A DNA stretch of 64,000 nt from the NCBI GenBank assembly GCA_963796275.1, contig CAWCKY010000001.1:288001-352000 (forward strand), read 5' to 3'. This DNA is from an uncultured Acidobacteriota bacterium (lineage in GTDB: Bacteria > Acidobacteriota > Blastocatellia > RBC074). A model generated the notes under the pieces. That model did not search any database, was not told the DNA's origin, and saw nothing but the letters and a program-made list of their open reading frames with translations. Positions within the stretch are counted from its first letter, which is position 1. The number at the start of each line of letters is the position of its first letter. The translations under genes were made by a program, and so were the position numbers. Shown piece by piece: positions 22,087 through 33,536 of this stretch.

Positions 22087-24831
22087 CTACTCTTCCTTCT
22101 TGGTTGAGTTCCCGCCATGCAGCGCCTCTTGCACGCGGGTTACGAATTGTGCGAGCTCACCCCGTAAGAGCCCGCGCTCCCTGGTACCGCTGATCGATTC
22201 CAGCGCAACCTGGAGATCCGCTAGTCTTCGTTCGATCAGCTCGCGGTTAATATCGCTGATGTTTTTCGTCTTACGGCAATCTTCGAAATGCTGCACCCAG
22301 GTCCGCAATCCGGTGCGCGATTTTTCATCATAGAGCAGGTTCAGCGCGCTGTTCCATGCCCGGCCGGCATCGTAGCTGCTACCATTCCAGGCCTGTTCCG
22401 AAGCTTTCGCGGCTATTAGTTTGGTGATCTGCAGTTGGTCCGCGGCCGCGATCAGATAAGCAGACTGATTTTCACCCGCGACCGTCCCGCTCCAGGGCTC
22501 GTGACAGAGTTGTTCGGCGGGATCGAAAACGATTCTCGGCCGATTTTTATTGGGGGCGCCCGCCTCGTGATTCGGCCAAAATGACAATTCAACATTGGTC
22601 GATCGATTAAGGTTCTCGCGGATACGACTGATGATGCGGGTCGGCTCGAGAGGACCGCCGGCGTGCTTCTCCCGGTCATTCGAGAAACCGATGACGAAGC
22701 TGCGGGCGCCGAGCGCGGCCAACCGATCGAGTTCGCGCGCAATCGATGCGATGCTTCGGTCATCGAAAGCAGAGTCAGATAGGATGAATCCGAAAACCAA
22801 CTGCACAAAGTTTTCATCAGCCGCACGCAGCAGCTCGCTCACATTATCGTCGCTGTTCTCTGCCTCTCCTTCGCTAACCGCAGCATCGAAATGCCGGAGA
22901 TAGTGATAGCGGTTCATGCGAATCCGGCCGAGAAAGCGCAGCATCTCAATGCGATCGCGGTGCGACCAATAAGAAGACCTTTCGACGAGTCCACGCTGCG
23001 CGACCGCCGGCTTTTCGTCGATCTGAAAATCCCGATTGAGCTGGCCATCTGCGCCCATCCGTTCTAGCTTGCCGATAGCGTAGAAGGCGCCCCGAGGCGT
23101 CGTCGCGGTGATCTGGACCCGGCGGGTTTCTCCCGAGCGTTTGCTCGCGATCGCGTAGCTTTGTAACGTGTCGGGATGTGCCGAGGATGGAGATGCAACT
23201 TTAATAGTCATTTCAACAGATTGTGCGTCGGTTTTAAATAACGGCCAGTCGACCGCATTCCACCGCTTCCCAACGCGCTCGTCCAGCTCATCGTTGATGA
23301 GCTCCCAGTACTTTTGCGTTCGCATCTGCGGCACAATCTCATTTCCATGATGAAAATTATAGATCGAGGGTTTTATTTCAACCTCGAAAGATTGTGACTT
23401 GGAGGGGTATAACCGGACCATCAGCCGCTGCAGCAGATGAACCTCGAAATCGGCGCGTTCACCGTGGCTGAGCAGATAAGAGTGGGCATTACGTTTGAAC
23501 TGCTCTAAGAATATCTCATCGGCCAGCGGCTTCAATTGATTGAGCGCAAATGTCTCGGCTGCTTCCCTGTTATCGCCGCTTTTGATCCCCGCGGTATCGG
23601 ATGACTGTAATTTTGGACGGACGTAAAAAGGAAATGCCCAATCGCTCAGATAACGGCTGAGCAGGAGGGCAGCCTGCGCGCGATCGATGCGCCGGACGCG
23701 ATCGAGATCATCCCGGAGAAATCTGATTCCCGCCTGATATGAGGAGGCCTGCGCGATCGCGCGTGTGATAACCTCCGCCGGACCGTCGTTTGCGGGATCT
23801 ACGGCGGCGAATGTGCCCAGTCGATCGAGCAATTTGCGGCGGCGCAGGTTCGAGATGAGCGCGTCGCCGCTTTCGCGCATCCCCGTAAGATCGACGAGCG
23901 CGATCCTCACATTTTTTTCAGATGTTTGAGCGATCGCATCAATAAGAGCATTCCGCTCAGAATCGCGCGATTGATCGGTATGAATGAAGAGAGCGATATC
24001 GACGCTTTTTGCTCCATCGGAGTTCTGACGCACCTCAATCCCGCCCGTCTTTTTGATCAGATCCCGGACGAGTTGATGAAGCGGGAGCGATTGGCCGGAA
24101 AGCGTCGCATCACGGGCCGCGTTCGAAGAATAGACCGGCAGTATCCTGGGAGCGAAACCGAAGCGCTGATTGAGCATCCTCACCAGCAACGAGATGGCAA
24201 CCGAGTCTGGTTCACCGGAGAATAGGACTCTGTTTACGAGCCTGCGCGAAGCGGCCTTCTCCTCGATGCTTTTCTGCCATTCATCAGTTGATTGATCTTG
24301 AGCGCTGATCGTTAATAAATTGATTAATTTTTCATCGCCCAATTCAGCTAACAGGCCATCGATCTGAGCCGACGATTCTTTTAAATTTATATATCCGTAG
24401 ATGGGGATGTGGGGGCGCTGCGATCGGATGATTTTGATGAGCTCCAATTGATCGCGCGGTTGCTGCTTACGCTGCCGTGGTGCGTGCCCTTGCCCCTGCG
24501 GGTTTTCAGACTGTTTTGGTGGGGCGTCCAGATAAACGATGGCACCGTCGATCCCGTCGAAATCGACAGATTTAGCCCAGTCGATGATCTGATCGGCATT
24601 ACCCAGAATTCTTGCTGGAGGCGTGATCAGCTCGTGATCGGCAATAGCCGCTATCATCTGCGGCTGCTGGTACGAGGATGGGCGATCATCCCGGGGGACC
24701 AGGAGAAATCTGCCCGCGAAATAATTGCGGTTCATGGGGCGCAGTTTGGGCCGCTGGGTCGCCTGGATAAAAATGGTGGAGAGGAGAATGAGCAGGGAGA
24801 AGAGGATTGCTATCTTTTTTTTATCTTGCAT
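22087..24831 (-). CDS. Secreted DUF4127-like protein fused to a degenerate GH84 (beta-N-acetylglucosaminidase) module
   Basis: Signal peptide; LLVPRDDRP...ITPP N-terminus (DUF4127-like); RGAFYA...IDEKPAVAQRGLVE...WSHRDRIEMLRFLGRIRMNRY (GH84-like). Confidence 0.6.
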   Translation of the reverse strand: MQDKKKIAILFSLLILLSTIFIQATQRPKLRPMNRNYFAGRFLLVPRDDRPSSYQQPQMIAAIADHELITPPARILGNADQIIDWAKSVDFDGIDGAIVYLDAPPKQSENPQGQGHAPRQRKQQPRDQLELIKIIRSQRPHIPIYGYINLKESSAQIDGLLAELGDEKLINLLTISAQDQSTDEWQKSIEEKAASRRLVNRVLFSGEPDSVAISLLVRMLNQRFGFAPRILPVYSSNAARDATLSGQSLPLHQLVRDLIKKTGGIEVRQNSDGAKSVDIALFIHTDQSRDSERNALIDAIAQTSEKNVRIALVDLTGMRESGDALISNLRRRKLLDRLGTFAAVDPANDGPAEVITRAIAQASSYQAGIRFLRDDLDRVRRIDRAQAALLLSRYLSDWAFPFYVRPKLQSSDTAGIKSGDNREAAETFALNQLKPLADEIFLEQFKRNAHSYLLSHGERADFEVHLLQRLMVRLYPSKSQSFEVEIKPSIYNFHHGNEIVPQMRTQKYWELINDELDERVGKRWNAVDWPLFKTDAQSVEMTIKVASPSSAHPDTLQSYAIASKRSGETRRVQITATTPRGAFYAIGKLERMGADGQLNRDFQIDEKPAVAQRGLVERSSYWSHRDRIEMLRFLGRIRMNRYHYLRHFDAAVSEGEAENSDDNVSELLRAADENFVQLVFGFILSDSAFDDRSIASIARELDRLAALGARSFVIGFSNDREKHAGGPLEPTRIISRIRENLNRSTNVELSFWPNHEAGAPNKNRPRIVFDPAEQLCHEPWSGTVAGENQSAYLIAAADQLQITKLIAAKASEQAWNGSSYDAGRAWNSALNLLYDEKSRTGLRTWVQHFEDCRKTKNISDINRELIERRLADLQVALESISGTRERGLLRGELAQFVTRVQEALHGGNSTKKEE

Positions 24832-24845
24832 TCTCTCCTCAAATT

Positions 24846-24917
24846 GTTTTTAGTTTTCAGTTTTTAGTTATCAGGTGTCGATCGAGACAATCCACTGAAA
24901 CTAAAAACTGAAAACTT
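24846..24917. repeat. Heptamer (AGTTTTC/T)n inverted repeat
   Basis: agttttcagtttttagtt...actgaaactaaaaactgaaaact. Confidence 0.75.
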
Positions 24918-24927
24918 CCATCACATT

Positions 24928-25821
24928 TCAATTGCGCGGACGAACACGGCGCGGGGTGATGGGTGCCGGCGTTGTCCCTTTTATACGTTGAAATTCTTCT
25001 GTGTTAGATATGCCGCGCTGATCGGTGCCACGCAGCTTCTGATCGATCTCGACACGCGTGTTGCTTGCTCGCTCCGTCGGAGCCGGATGGCTGGCCATAA
25101 TCGAGCCCAGCGTGTCAGGCTGGCTCTGACTGATTTTCCCGAGGATCTGGAACATTTCAACCATCCCAACAGTGTTGTAACCCGCCCGATTCATATTGTA
25201 GAGGCCGAGATAATCGGCTTCGCGTTCCGCATCCCGGCTGTGCTTCATCAATTTGCCGCCCAGAACCAGATTGCCTGCGAGATTGCCGAGGCTCGCGCCG
25301 CCCTGACCGCCGAGTACGGCCCCGGCAATAGTTGCGATGCCTGCCAGAGTGCCGTATCTATTGGCTTTTTTGACGTTCTCGAGTCCATGTCGCCCGACAA
25401 TATGCCCTATCTCATGACCCATCACGCTGGCCAATTGCGCCTCGCTATTGGCTTTCGCTATCAACCCGGTGTGGACATAAACACGGCCGCCGAGCGTCGC
25501 GAAGGCGTTGATCGCGCCGTCGTCGACGACGTAAAACTTCCACGGTATGTTGGTGCGCCTCGAACTTTGCGCCAGCCTGTTCCCCAGCGTTTCGACGTAT
25601 GTGTTGAGGGCGGAGTTTCGGATAAATTTCACCTGCCCCGATAGTTGCTTGTGAACCTCTTCAGCCAGCTTCAGTTCCTCTTCTTCAGAGATATAGCCCT
25701 TATTAGAATACTCGCGTTCTCGGAACTTGTCGTATACATTTTTATCTGCAAATGCAGTTATAACCAGCAAACCGACGATCGCGACTGCCATCGTACGTTG
25801 CCAGGTGACTAGGAATTTCAT
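24928..25821 (-). CDS. M48-family zinc metalloprotease (BepA/YfgC-like)
   Basis: INAFATLGG, HEIGH, SRDAEREAD, SHPAPTER; signal peptide. Confidence 0.92.
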   Translation of the reverse strand: MKFLVTWQRTMAVAIVGLLVITAFADKNVYDKFREREYSNKGYISEEEELKLAEEVHKQLSGQVKFIRNSALNTYVETLGNRLAQSSRRTNIPWKFYVVDDGAINAFATLGGRVYVHTGLIAKANSEAQLASVMGHEIGHIVGRHGLENVKKANRYGTLAGIATIAGAVLGGQGGASLGNLAGNLVLGGKLMKHSRDAEREADYLGLYNMNRAGYNTVGMVEMFQILGKISQSQPDTLGSIMASHPAPTERASNTRVEIDQKLRGTDQRGISNTEEFQRIKGTTPAPITPRRVRPRN

Positions 25822-25832
25822 GAAACGTCCTC

Positions 25833-26300
25833 CTATTCTGATAATAACGAAACCGCATGAGTTAATGTACGTATGATTGCGGCCAGGTTTTCTCGCGCTC
25901 CGCGAACGCTGCCGGGAAGGTTGATGATCAACGTTCGCTTTCTAGCGCCGCAGACCGAACGCGACAGAGCGGCCAGCGGTGTGATCTTCAGACTCTCGGC
26001 GCGCATCAACTCTGCGAGTCCCGGCGCTTCGCGTTCGATCACATCTCTCGTAGCTTCAGGCGTTACATCGCGAGGGCCGAGCCCTGTTCCGCCGGTAGTC
26101 ACGATCAGGTTCGCCAGTCCTTCATCGGCGTAATATCTCAATCGAGCCGCAATCTCGCCGCGTTCGTCCGGCACTATCTCCGTTGCAACTATATCCGCCT
26201 TCAACGCTCGCAACTCCGTTACGACCGCCGGCCCGGACAAGTCTTCACGTTCGCCGTGCGAGGCTGAATCACTAACAGTAATTACCACAGCTCTGATCAT
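25833..26300 (-). CDS. mog: Molybdopterin adenylyltransferase MogA/MoaB
   Basis: ITVSD, DLSGP, TTGGTGLGPRDVTPEA, INLPGS. Confidence 0.9.
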   Translation of the reverse strand: MIRAVVITVSDSASHGEREDLSGPAVVTELRALKADIVATEIVPDERGEIAARLRYYADEGLANLIVTTGGTGLGPRDVTPEATRDVIEREAPGLAELMRAESLKITPLAALSRSVCGARKRTLIINLPGSVRGARENLAAIIRTLTHAVSLLSE

Positions 26301-26512
26301 TAACTCTTGTCTTTGCTAATAACATAAGGGGGCGCCAAAATTCTAATTCCTCAACTCTCGCGATTCAACCTTAGATCAAGAGTATTAACCACGGATTAAT
26401 ACGGTTTCCCAGGATAGATGCGGATTTCTTTAGCGAAAATTAAGTTGTTATTCCTCTGAATGTGCTGAATCGCGTTGACGACAATCAATCTGTCTCGAAA
26501 TTATACGAGACT

Positions 26513-27652
26513 CTATGAATGATTCTTTTGAATGATTCTTTCATAAAGATTTTCATACTGCGGTATGACGCGGTCGGTATTGAAGCGCTCGACCGCCCAT
26601 GCGCGACCGCGCTCTCCCATCTCGCGTCTCTTCCTGTCATTGGAAATAATGGAGATTGCGCATTCAGCCATGGTCTTGGTATCTCCCAGATCGACCAGGT
26701 ATCCGGTCTCGCCGTGGAGCACGACTTCCGGCAAGCCGCCGGTTCGGGTCGCAATTACGGGCACTTCGCAGGCCATCGCCTCGAGCGCCGCCAGGCCGAA
26801 AGATTCGGTCTCGCTCGGCAAGAGCAGAAGATCGGCTACCGAAAGGTAGTCGGCGATGTTGGGAACCTGGCCGACAAACAGCACATCGTTATCCAGACCG
26901 TAATCTCGCACCAGGATTTCTGCGCCCAGCCGTTCCGGGCCGTCACCGCACATTACCAGCCGGACGGGCAGATCGCTCCTCTCGCTTCTGATCCGTGCCA
27001 ACGTGTGAATGCAATCGGTGATTCGTTTGACGGGGCGGAAATTCGAGACATGGATCAGCAGCTTTTGGCCGGCCGGAGCGAGGCTCGATCTCAGCTCATC
27101 ATTGGTGCGCCGCCTATAATCTTGCGCGTTGATGAAATTCGGGATCACTTCGACCGCACAGTTGCCGAACGTGCGGCACGTTTCATCAGCCAGATATTGC
27201 GAGATGGCAGTGACCGCATCCGACTGCGCTATTGAGAAACGAGTGATGGGGAGAAAGCTTTTCCTCGACCCAACGAGTGTGATGTCCGTTCCGTGGAGCG
27301 TCGTGACGAATGGCAGATAAACCCTGGGCTTGTACATCTCGCGCGCCAGATAGGCGGCGGTAGCGTGCGGGATAGCGTAGTGCATATGTAGCACATCGAG
27401 TTTCCGGCTTTCGGCGACTTCGAGTATCTTGGAAGCCAGCGCGAGATCATAGGGCGGGAACTCGAAGAGCGGGTAATCGAACAGATCGACCTGGTGAAAC
27501 TGCATGCGCTCATTCAGCTCGCAAAGGCGCGTCGGCAGGGCATAGCTGATGAAATGCACGGTATGTCCGCGTTCCGACAACTCGCGACCCAGTTCCGATC
27601 CAACGATCCCGCTACCGCCATAGGTCGGGAAGACTGTAATGCCGATGTTCAT
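26513..27652 (-). CDS. bshA: N-acetyl-alpha-D-glucosaminyl L-malate synthase
   Basis: [49 protein letters not shown]. Confidence 0.95.
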   Translation of the reverse strand: MNIGITVFPTYGGSGIVGSELGRELSERGHTVHFISYALPTRLCELNERMQFHQVDLFDYPLFEFPPYDLALASKILEVAESRKLDVLHMHYAIPHATAAYLAREMYKPRVYLPFVTTLHGTDITLVGSRKSFLPITRFSIAQSDAVTAISQYLADETCRTFGNCAVEVIPNFINAQDYRRRTNDELRSSLAPAGQKLLIHVSNFRPVKRITDCIHTLARIRSERSDLPVRLVMCGDGPERLGAEILVRDYGLDNDVLFVGQVPNIADYLSVADLLLLPSETESFGLAALEAMACEVPVIATRTGGLPEVVLHGETGYLVDLGDTKTMAECAISIISNDRKRREMGERGRAWAVERFNTDRVIPQYENLYERIIQKNHS

Positions 27653-27721
27653 ATAGAGAAGTTTTCAGATTTCAGGTTTCAGTTTGGAGTCGAAAATAAG
27701 AACAGAAAACTTAAACTTTGC

Positions 27722-28471
27722 TCAAGAATACATGTTCATCTGCCGCGTCAGCAGTTCGACAGGGTCGGCGACGTTGAGCGCTTCGCGAACATAGAAGGCT
27801 TCGCCGTACTGAGCCCCGATCAGAGCCCCGAAATAACGGTCGCGCGCGTCGATCTCAAGCAAAAAGGCCTCCGTGCTCACGCGCGATTGCGGCTCCGTGC
27901 TGTTCGCATTAAAAAATTGCGAAGCGTGAGCCTGTATCGCTCTCCGTTTTTGCTCTCTCGTTTCGCTGACATCGACGATAAAAGTCGGCGCGACGGTGCG
28001 CGGAAAAAGGAAATAGCCTACGCAGGAGGGCCGCCATCGGCTCTGTCCGGCTTCGCCGTCATATTTCATTAGTCCGGAGATGTGCGCCGCTTCACGTACG
28101 AGTTGCGAGGTGTGAGCGTGATCGGGATGAGGGTCCTCCCAGTACTGAGTGAATACGATGCGCGGCCGAATTCGCCGCAGAGCGCGCACGAGCTTGACCC
28201 GCGACTCTTCGTTAACCCAGACGTGCGAATCGCCCAGATTGAGATTTTCGCGCAGCGACAAGCCAAGAATTTGCGCGGCTCGCGTCGATTCGATGGCGCG
28301 CATCTCCGGCATCCCGCGAGTGGCGGCTTCGCCGCGCGTCAGATCGAGTATTCCGATTTTGTAGCCTGATTTTGAGAGCCTGGCGAGCGTTCCGCCGATC
28401 GAGAGTTCGGCGTCATCCGGATGAGCTGCTATCGCCAGGACATCGAGCAGCGCTTTTTCATTTTCGGACAT
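27722..28471 (-). CDS. bshB1: Bacillithiol biosynthesis deacetylase
   Basis: [17 protein letters not shown]; adjacent to bshA; start at MSENEK. Confidence 0.9.
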   Translation of the reverse strand: MSENEKALLDVLAIAAHPDDAELSIGGTLARLSKSGYKIGILDLTRGEAATRGMPEMRAIESTRAAQILGLSLRENLNLGDSHVWVNEESRVKLVRALRRIRPRIVFTQYWEDPHPDHAHTSQLVREAAHISGLMKYDGEAGQSRWRPSCVGYFLFPRTVAPTFIVDVSETREQKRRAIQAHASQFFNANSTEPQSRVSTEAFLLEIDARDRYFGALIGAQYGEAFYVREALNVADPVELLTRQMNMYS

Positions 28472-28570
28472 GATGACGAAAGAGTAGCACAGACCGATCC
28501 GCAAATGGTAATTTGCCTCGTTTTGTTTTACTCTAATCCCGCATTGTTCGATTCAACTCGTGAATTATCC

Positions 28571-29518
28571 GTGAAGACCAAAATCACACATTCATCCACC
28601 ATTGCCGCACGCTTTATTCAACACGGTGAAATCGTCGCTTTCCCGACGGAGACAGTCTATGGGCTGGGCGCGCATATCTTCAACGAAAGTGCAATCAGGA
28701 AAGTTTTCATCGCGAAAGGGCGACCATCGGACAACCCGCTGATCGCACATATTTCTGATATCTCGCAGCTTGAATTCATCACGAGCATGGTTCCGTTGAT
28801 CGCGCAGAGGCTGATCAGCCGGTTTTTTCCCGGGCCGCTCACCCTCGTCCTGCCTAAGAGCGATAAGGTCCCAGCGCTTGCTACGGGAGGTCTGAAGACG
28901 ATAGGCGTGCGGATGCCGCGATACCCGCTCGCACAGCAGTTCCTCCGCGCATGCGGTGTCCCTGTCGTCGCTCCTTCGGCCAATATCTCGGGCCGACCGA
29001 GTTCGACCACCTGGCAGTCGGTGCGAGCAGACCTCGACGGGCGCATCGGCTGCATCCTGAGAGGGGATCAGTGCCAGGTTGGCATCGAATCGACGGTCGT
29101 TGATTGCACTACCCGAACGCCGATAGTGCTGCGCGCGGGAGCAATTACGCTCGAACAGCTGAGAGAAGTCAGCCTCGATGCGAGAGTCGCCGAGCGCCGG
29201 CTCCCGATCGCGCCGCGAAGTCCGGGCCAAAAATACCGTCACTACTCGCCCAGGGCCAAGGTCATCATCTGTTCCTACCCGCAATACACCATTGCTTCGC
29301 CCGATGCGGCTTACATCGGACTGGAGCCGACCCCGCACGTCGATGTATTCAAAAAACATCTCATCTGCAATAACCTGGAAGATTATGCGAAATCGCTCTT
29401 CAAGTTCTTTCGCGAGTGTGACGAAGCGCTGGTGAGAACCATCTACTGCCAGCTGGTCAGCGAAGAGGGGCTAGGCCTGGCGCTGATGGAGCGGCTCGAA
29501 CGAGCCTCTGAGGATTGA
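28571..29518 (+). CDS. sua5: L-threonylcarbamoyladenylate synthase (Sua5)
   Basis: AFPTETVYGLGA, KGRPSDNPLI, APSANISG, SPGQKYRHYSP; GTG start. Confidence 0.95.
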   Translation: MKTKITHSSTIAARFIQHGEIVAFPTETVYGLGAHIFNESAIRKVFIAKGRPSDNPLIAHISDISQLEFITSMVPLIAQRLISRFFPGPLTLVLPKSDKVPALATGGLKTIGVRMPRYPLAQQFLRACGVPVVAPSANISGRPSSTTWQSVRADLDGRIGCILRGDQCQVGIESTVVDCTTRTPIVLRAGAITLEQLREVSLDARVAERRLPIAPRSPGQKYRHYSPRAKVIICSYPQYTIASPDAAYIGLEPTPHVDVFKKHLICNNLEDYAKSLFKFFRECDEALVRTIYCQLVSEEGLGLALMERLERASED

Positions 29519-29745
29519 ATAGTCTTCAGCCCAGGCATTTACTAAAAACTAGAAACTAAAATCTATCGCAAAAAACAAAAGCAGCAGGAATAGCCAAATA
29601 TATTGCCTCTCTGGTCTTTTCTCACCTTTGTTTTCTCTTAGTTTTTGCTTCCTTGTTTTCGTTTCCTCCGGAATTCGGTATTATTACTATTCTTGTTCTA
29701 CTTAATTTTAAATATAAATTAAGCGAGTTATCGCTTTAGGCTGTT

Positions 29746-29970
29746 ATGATTCGGCAGTGCCCGTTATGTCGTCGCGAGACGAACTGGGAAGACAATCTGT
29801 GGCGCCCTTTTTGTTCTGAGCGATGCCAGACCATTGATTTGGGGAACTGGGCGAGTGAAGAATATCGCGTTCCTTTGACCGAACCTCCCGAAACGCCAGA
29901 GACTTCCGATACATCCGACGAGTTGAATACAGAATTAGATCTCGAGGTGAATAGAGATGAGCAAGTTTAG
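29746..29970 (+). CDS. yacG: DNA gyrase inhibitor YacG
   Basis: CPLC...RPFCSERCQTIDLGNWASEEY. Confidence 0.92.
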   Translation: MIRQCPLCRRETNWEDNLWRPFCSERCQTIDLGNWASEEYRVPLTEPPETPETSDTSDELNTELDLEVNRDEQV

Positions 29971-30559
29971 CAATTCAATCCCGTTCAACATAATGACTGC
30001 TGCGCTGGTGATGACGGCGTTTTTTTCGATTGCTTGCAATTCGACGCCGGAGACGCCCGTCTCGAGCGCCGCAACCGCCAAAGACTTGCGTTTGTCGGCT
30101 AACGAAAAAGCGATGAACGATGCCTTCGATGTTCCACTAGCGAAACTTGACGGAACGACAATGAAGCTCTCCGATCTCAAAGGCAAGGTTGTAGTGCTGG
30201 ATTTCTGGGCTACAGATTGTGCGCCTTGCGTCAAGTTGGTGCCGCAACTGGCAAAGCTTTATGATCGGTATCGAGATCGGGGGCTTGAGATCGTCGGATT
30301 GACTTCCGATGAGAAATCGGATCAGAAACTGGTAGAAGATTTCATCAGACAAAGAGGGCTCAATTACACGGTCGCATATGGGAACACCTGGGTCTCTCGC
30401 GCATTTCTCAAAGGGAGTGAAGACGAAACCGGCGCCCCTCCCATCCCACAGCTCTACGTGATTGCACGTGATGGACGCGTGGTCGAACATCACACGGGTT
30501 ACGATGGCGAGAAGGATATGGAGTCGATCGAAAAAGCGATCGTGCAAGAATTACGGTAA
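29957..30559 (+). CDS. TlpA/ResA disulfide reductase, probable lipoprotein
   Basis: Lipobox-like SIAC; LKGKVVVLDFWATDCAPC; IPQ. Confidence 0.88.
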   Translation: MSKFSNSIPFNIMTAALVMTAFFSIACNSTPETPVSSAATAKDLRLSANEKAMNDAFDVPLAKLDGTTMKLSDLKGKVVVLDFWATDCAPCVKLVPQLAKLYDRYRDRGLEIVGLTSDEKSDQKLVEDFIRQRGLNYTVAYGNTWVSRAFLKGSEDETGAPPIPQLYVIARDGRVVEHHTGYDGEKDMESIEKAIVQELR

Positions 30560-30637
30560 GCGGTAATCGATTGCCGGCAATAATAGTCGGCAAACCAGGC
30601 AACGGATTATAGATTAATAGACTAAGGAAACATTGCT

Positions 30638-31306
30638 ATGTCACGAACCCCTATTAAATCACTCTTTATACCCGGCCTGATTCTTCGCGCGTGGATAACG
30701 TGCTGTGCCTTTGTTCTCCTCTCGTTCGCCGGAACGATCCGGCTCGGGACTTCAGACGTGCCTGAATTACCGACCGGAGACGGCACCGGAGACACGCCGG
30801 ATATGTTCATCAAGCTGGTGCCGAACACGCTGGCGCCGGCAGGCAAAGGCGATGAATTGAGACTATCGAGTTTACGCGGCCACATCGTTCTGCTCGATAT
30901 GTTCTGGTCGCAATGCCCTCATTGTGAAGAACATGCGCCGCACGTCGTCGAATTTTATAACCAATATCGGCAGCGCGGTTTCACCGTGCTAGGTCTCGCC
31001 ACCGACAGGCCGGAAAGATCCGACGATGTGCGGTCGTTTATAAAGAAGACAAAAATCAACTATCCAGTTGGCTATATCACCACTGAAGTCATCGCTTATT
31101 ACGCCGACAGCCAGAATCAGGGTGTGCCCCAGATGATACTCTTCGGGACCGATGGCAAAATGTTCAAGCGTCTGATCGGATGGAATCCGGAGATCAGTAA
31201 AGAACTGAAGCTGGCGATCGAAGCGCTGATGGCTAAACAGCCGACGGTCAAACCCGGTAGCAAAGCCAGCAGCAAAGTCAGCCCGCGCAAAATTAAACAG
31301 GCCTAG
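30638..31306 (+). CDS. TlpA-family disulfide reductase
   Basis: [18 protein letters not shown]; GVPQ. Confidence 0.88.
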   Translation: MSRTPIKSLFIPGLILRAWITCCAFVLLSFAGTIRLGTSDVPELPTGDGTGDTPDMFIKLVPNTLAPAGKGDELRLSSLRGHIVLLDMFWSQCPHCEEHAPHVVEFYNQYRQRGFTVLGLATDRPERSDDVRSFIKKTKINYPVGYITTEVIAYYADSQNQGVPQMILFGTDGKMFKRLIGWNPEISKELKLAIEALMAKQPTVKPGSKASSKVSPRKIKQA

Positions 31307-31397
31307 ATCAAACATAGAGAAATAAGTGGCAGATTTATAATCTGCTCAATAAAGAATCGGGCGGGTCCAACCCGCCCTACTCATTCGGAGGAGGAAT

Positions 31398-31979
31398 ATG
31401 ACGAAAACAAGCCCCAATAATTATCGACGCTCCAATTCTCGCCCGGCACTCCTCCCGGCAATTTCTTGTATCTGTCTGGCTTTCGCGCTCCTGTTACCCG
31501 GAATGGGAACAGAGGCTCAAGTGAAAGTCGGTAAATCTCCCAAAGATTCGGTGGCAAAACGTCAAATTCGCACGCTCGATGGAAAGCAGTTCACTATCGC
31601 CGGATTACGCGGACAGGTGGTCGTGCTCGATTTCTTCGCTGTCTGGTGTGGTCATTCGAAGAAACATATCCCCACACTCACTCAGTTCGGTGATGAAGAA
31701 CGGCAACAAGGTCTGCAAATCATCGGATTTGCTGTGCAGGATAATGAATCAACCGCTGAGCGGATCGCACAATTTATCAAAGACTTCAATATCACCTATC
31801 CGGTGGGTACAGTGCAGGACGCCGACTTCTCGAAGTATGTTCAATCGCGCGACGTTTCAGTCCCGCAGACCCTGGTCTACGGGCGTGACGGACGTCTGGT
31901 TGCACATTTCGCCGGGCATGACTCCAAGATCGATGCCGATCTGACCGAGACTATCAAACGCGAATTAGCAAAACAGTAA
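31398..31979 (+). CDS. TlpA-family thioredoxin-fold protein with CxxS site
   Basis: [18 protein letters not shown]; SVPQ; RBS GGAGG. Confidence 0.85.
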   Translation: MTKTSPNNYRRSNSRPALLPAISCICLAFALLLPGMGTEAQVKVGKSPKDSVAKRQIRTLDGKQFTIAGLRGQVVVLDFFAVWCGHSKKHIPTLTQFGDEERQQGLQIIGFAVQDNESTAERIAQFIKDFNITYPVGTVQDADFSKYVQSRDVSVPQTLVYGRDGRLVAHFAGHDSKIDADLTETIKRELAKQ

Positions 31980-31982
31980 TGG

Positions 31983-33422
31983 ATGAGAAGAGCTAAGATT
32001 GTCGCGACGATTGGGCCCGCCTCAAGTTCTCCCGAGCAATTAAACGCATTAATTCGGGCGGGGATCGATGTTGTGCGCGTGAATATGTCCCACGGCGCGC
32101 ACAACAGCCATGGAGAGACGATTAAAAACGCCCGGAAAATTGCCGCGGCCCTCAATCGACCGATCGCAATCCTCCTCGATCTTTGCGGCCCGAAAATCCG
32201 CACCGGGCAACTGAAGGATCACAAACCCATCGCTCTCAATGCCGGAGAACGACTGATCATCACCACCCGTAATGTGGCTGGCGACGCGTCTATTATTTCG
32301 ACAAATTATCTGAATTTGCCTAGAGACGTGGGCGAGGGTGACCGTCTGCTATTATCCGACGGCCATATAGAATTGCGGGTAGAGGGGATCGGAAAAGATG
32401 AAGTAGTTTGCCGTGTAATCAATGGGGGCGAGCTGGGTGAGAATAAGGGAATCAATCTTCCGGGGATCAACATTTCCGCGCCTTCGCTCACCGAAAAAGA
32501 TCGCGCGGACCTGCGCTTCGGACTGGAACAGGAAGTCGATTACATCGCACTATCATTTGTTCGCAGCGCGCGCGACTGTATAGACGCCAGGAACATCATC
32601 TCATCGCACGGCTCCAACGCGTTGCTCATTGCAAAGATTGAAAAAGTCGAAGCCCTCAATGATCTGGATAACATCATCAACGCTTGTGATGGTGTTATGG
32701 TGGCGCGCGGAGACCTCGGAGTGGAGACCGCGGTCGAGAGCGTTCCCTATTATCAAAAGCAGATCATCGCGAAGGCTAACGCGGCCGAGAAACTGGTGAT
32801 CACCGCGACGCAGATGCTCGAATCGATGACCCACGAACCGCGCCCAACGCGTGCAGAAGCTTCGGATGTCGCCAATGCTGTCCTCGATGGCTCGGATGCG
32901 TTGATGCTTTCGGCGGAAACAGCGGTGGGCGATTATCCCATGCAGGTTGTCGAAACGATGTCGCGCATAATCTGCTTCACCGAGACATCGTGCAACAGTG
33001 AGGCCCGTTATCGGGACCTGATCCATGACCACCAGACCGGGCAGGAGGGACGCGCCATCGCCGAAGCCGCGATCTTTGCCGCCCAGGAAATGCGCGCAAA
33101 ACTCATCGTAGTCTACAGCAAATCGGGGACCATGGCGCGTCACATCGCCGCGCTCCGGCCGGTCCAACGGATAATAGCCTTCACTCCGCATGAGAAGACC
33201 TATGCCAGCCTCGCCGCTGTATGGGGCATCGAACCGCTCCTGCTTGACTTCAGCGGACGGGCCGTCGAGTTATTAGAAAGAAGCGATGAGACACTGCTAA
33301 CAAGTGGCCTGGCGAGTTCCGGCGAGACGGTAGTCGTCATGGCGGGCCGCATACCGGAGCAGCCGAGCATCTCATCGATGATGAAGCTTCACCGTATCGG
33401 GGGGATAGAGGCGGCCGACTAG
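31983..33422 (+). CDS. pyk: Pyruvate kinase
   Basis: [45 protein letters not shown]. Confidence 0.97.
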   Translation: MRRAKIVATIGPASSSPEQLNALIRAGIDVVRVNMSHGAHNSHGETIKNARKIAAALNRPIAILLDLCGPKIRTGQLKDHKPIALNAGERLIITTRNVAGDASIISTNYLNLPRDVGEGDRLLLSDGHIELRVEGIGKDEVVCRVINGGELGENKGINLPGINISAPSLTEKDRADLRFGLEQEVDYIALSFVRSARDCIDARNIISSHGSNALLIAKIEKVEALNDLDNIINACDGVMVARGDLGVETAVESVPYYQKQIIAKANAAEKLVITATQMLESMTHEPRPTRAEASDVANAVLDGSDALMLSAETAVGDYPMQVVETMSRIICFTETSCNSEARYRDLIHDHQTGQEGRAIAEAAIFAAQEMRAKLIVVYSKSGTMARHIAALRPVQRIIAFTPHEKTYASLAAVWGIEPLLLDFSGRAVELLERSDETLLTSGLASSGETVVVMAGRIPEQPSISSMMKLHRIGGIEAAD

Positions 33423-33536
33423 CGCCATCAAAATCGTGGATCATTTCAGCGGATAGTGATATAAAGGAGCCCCGTTCATATCCAACTCGTTAATCCAAAT
33501 CAGAAAAACCCAAGTTTGAAAGGAGATATCCCTAAT

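Noticed and set aside
26513-28471. Bacillithiol genes outside Firmicutes as a novelty
   Set aside because: bshA/bshB homologs are already known in several other phyla, including Acidobacteria.
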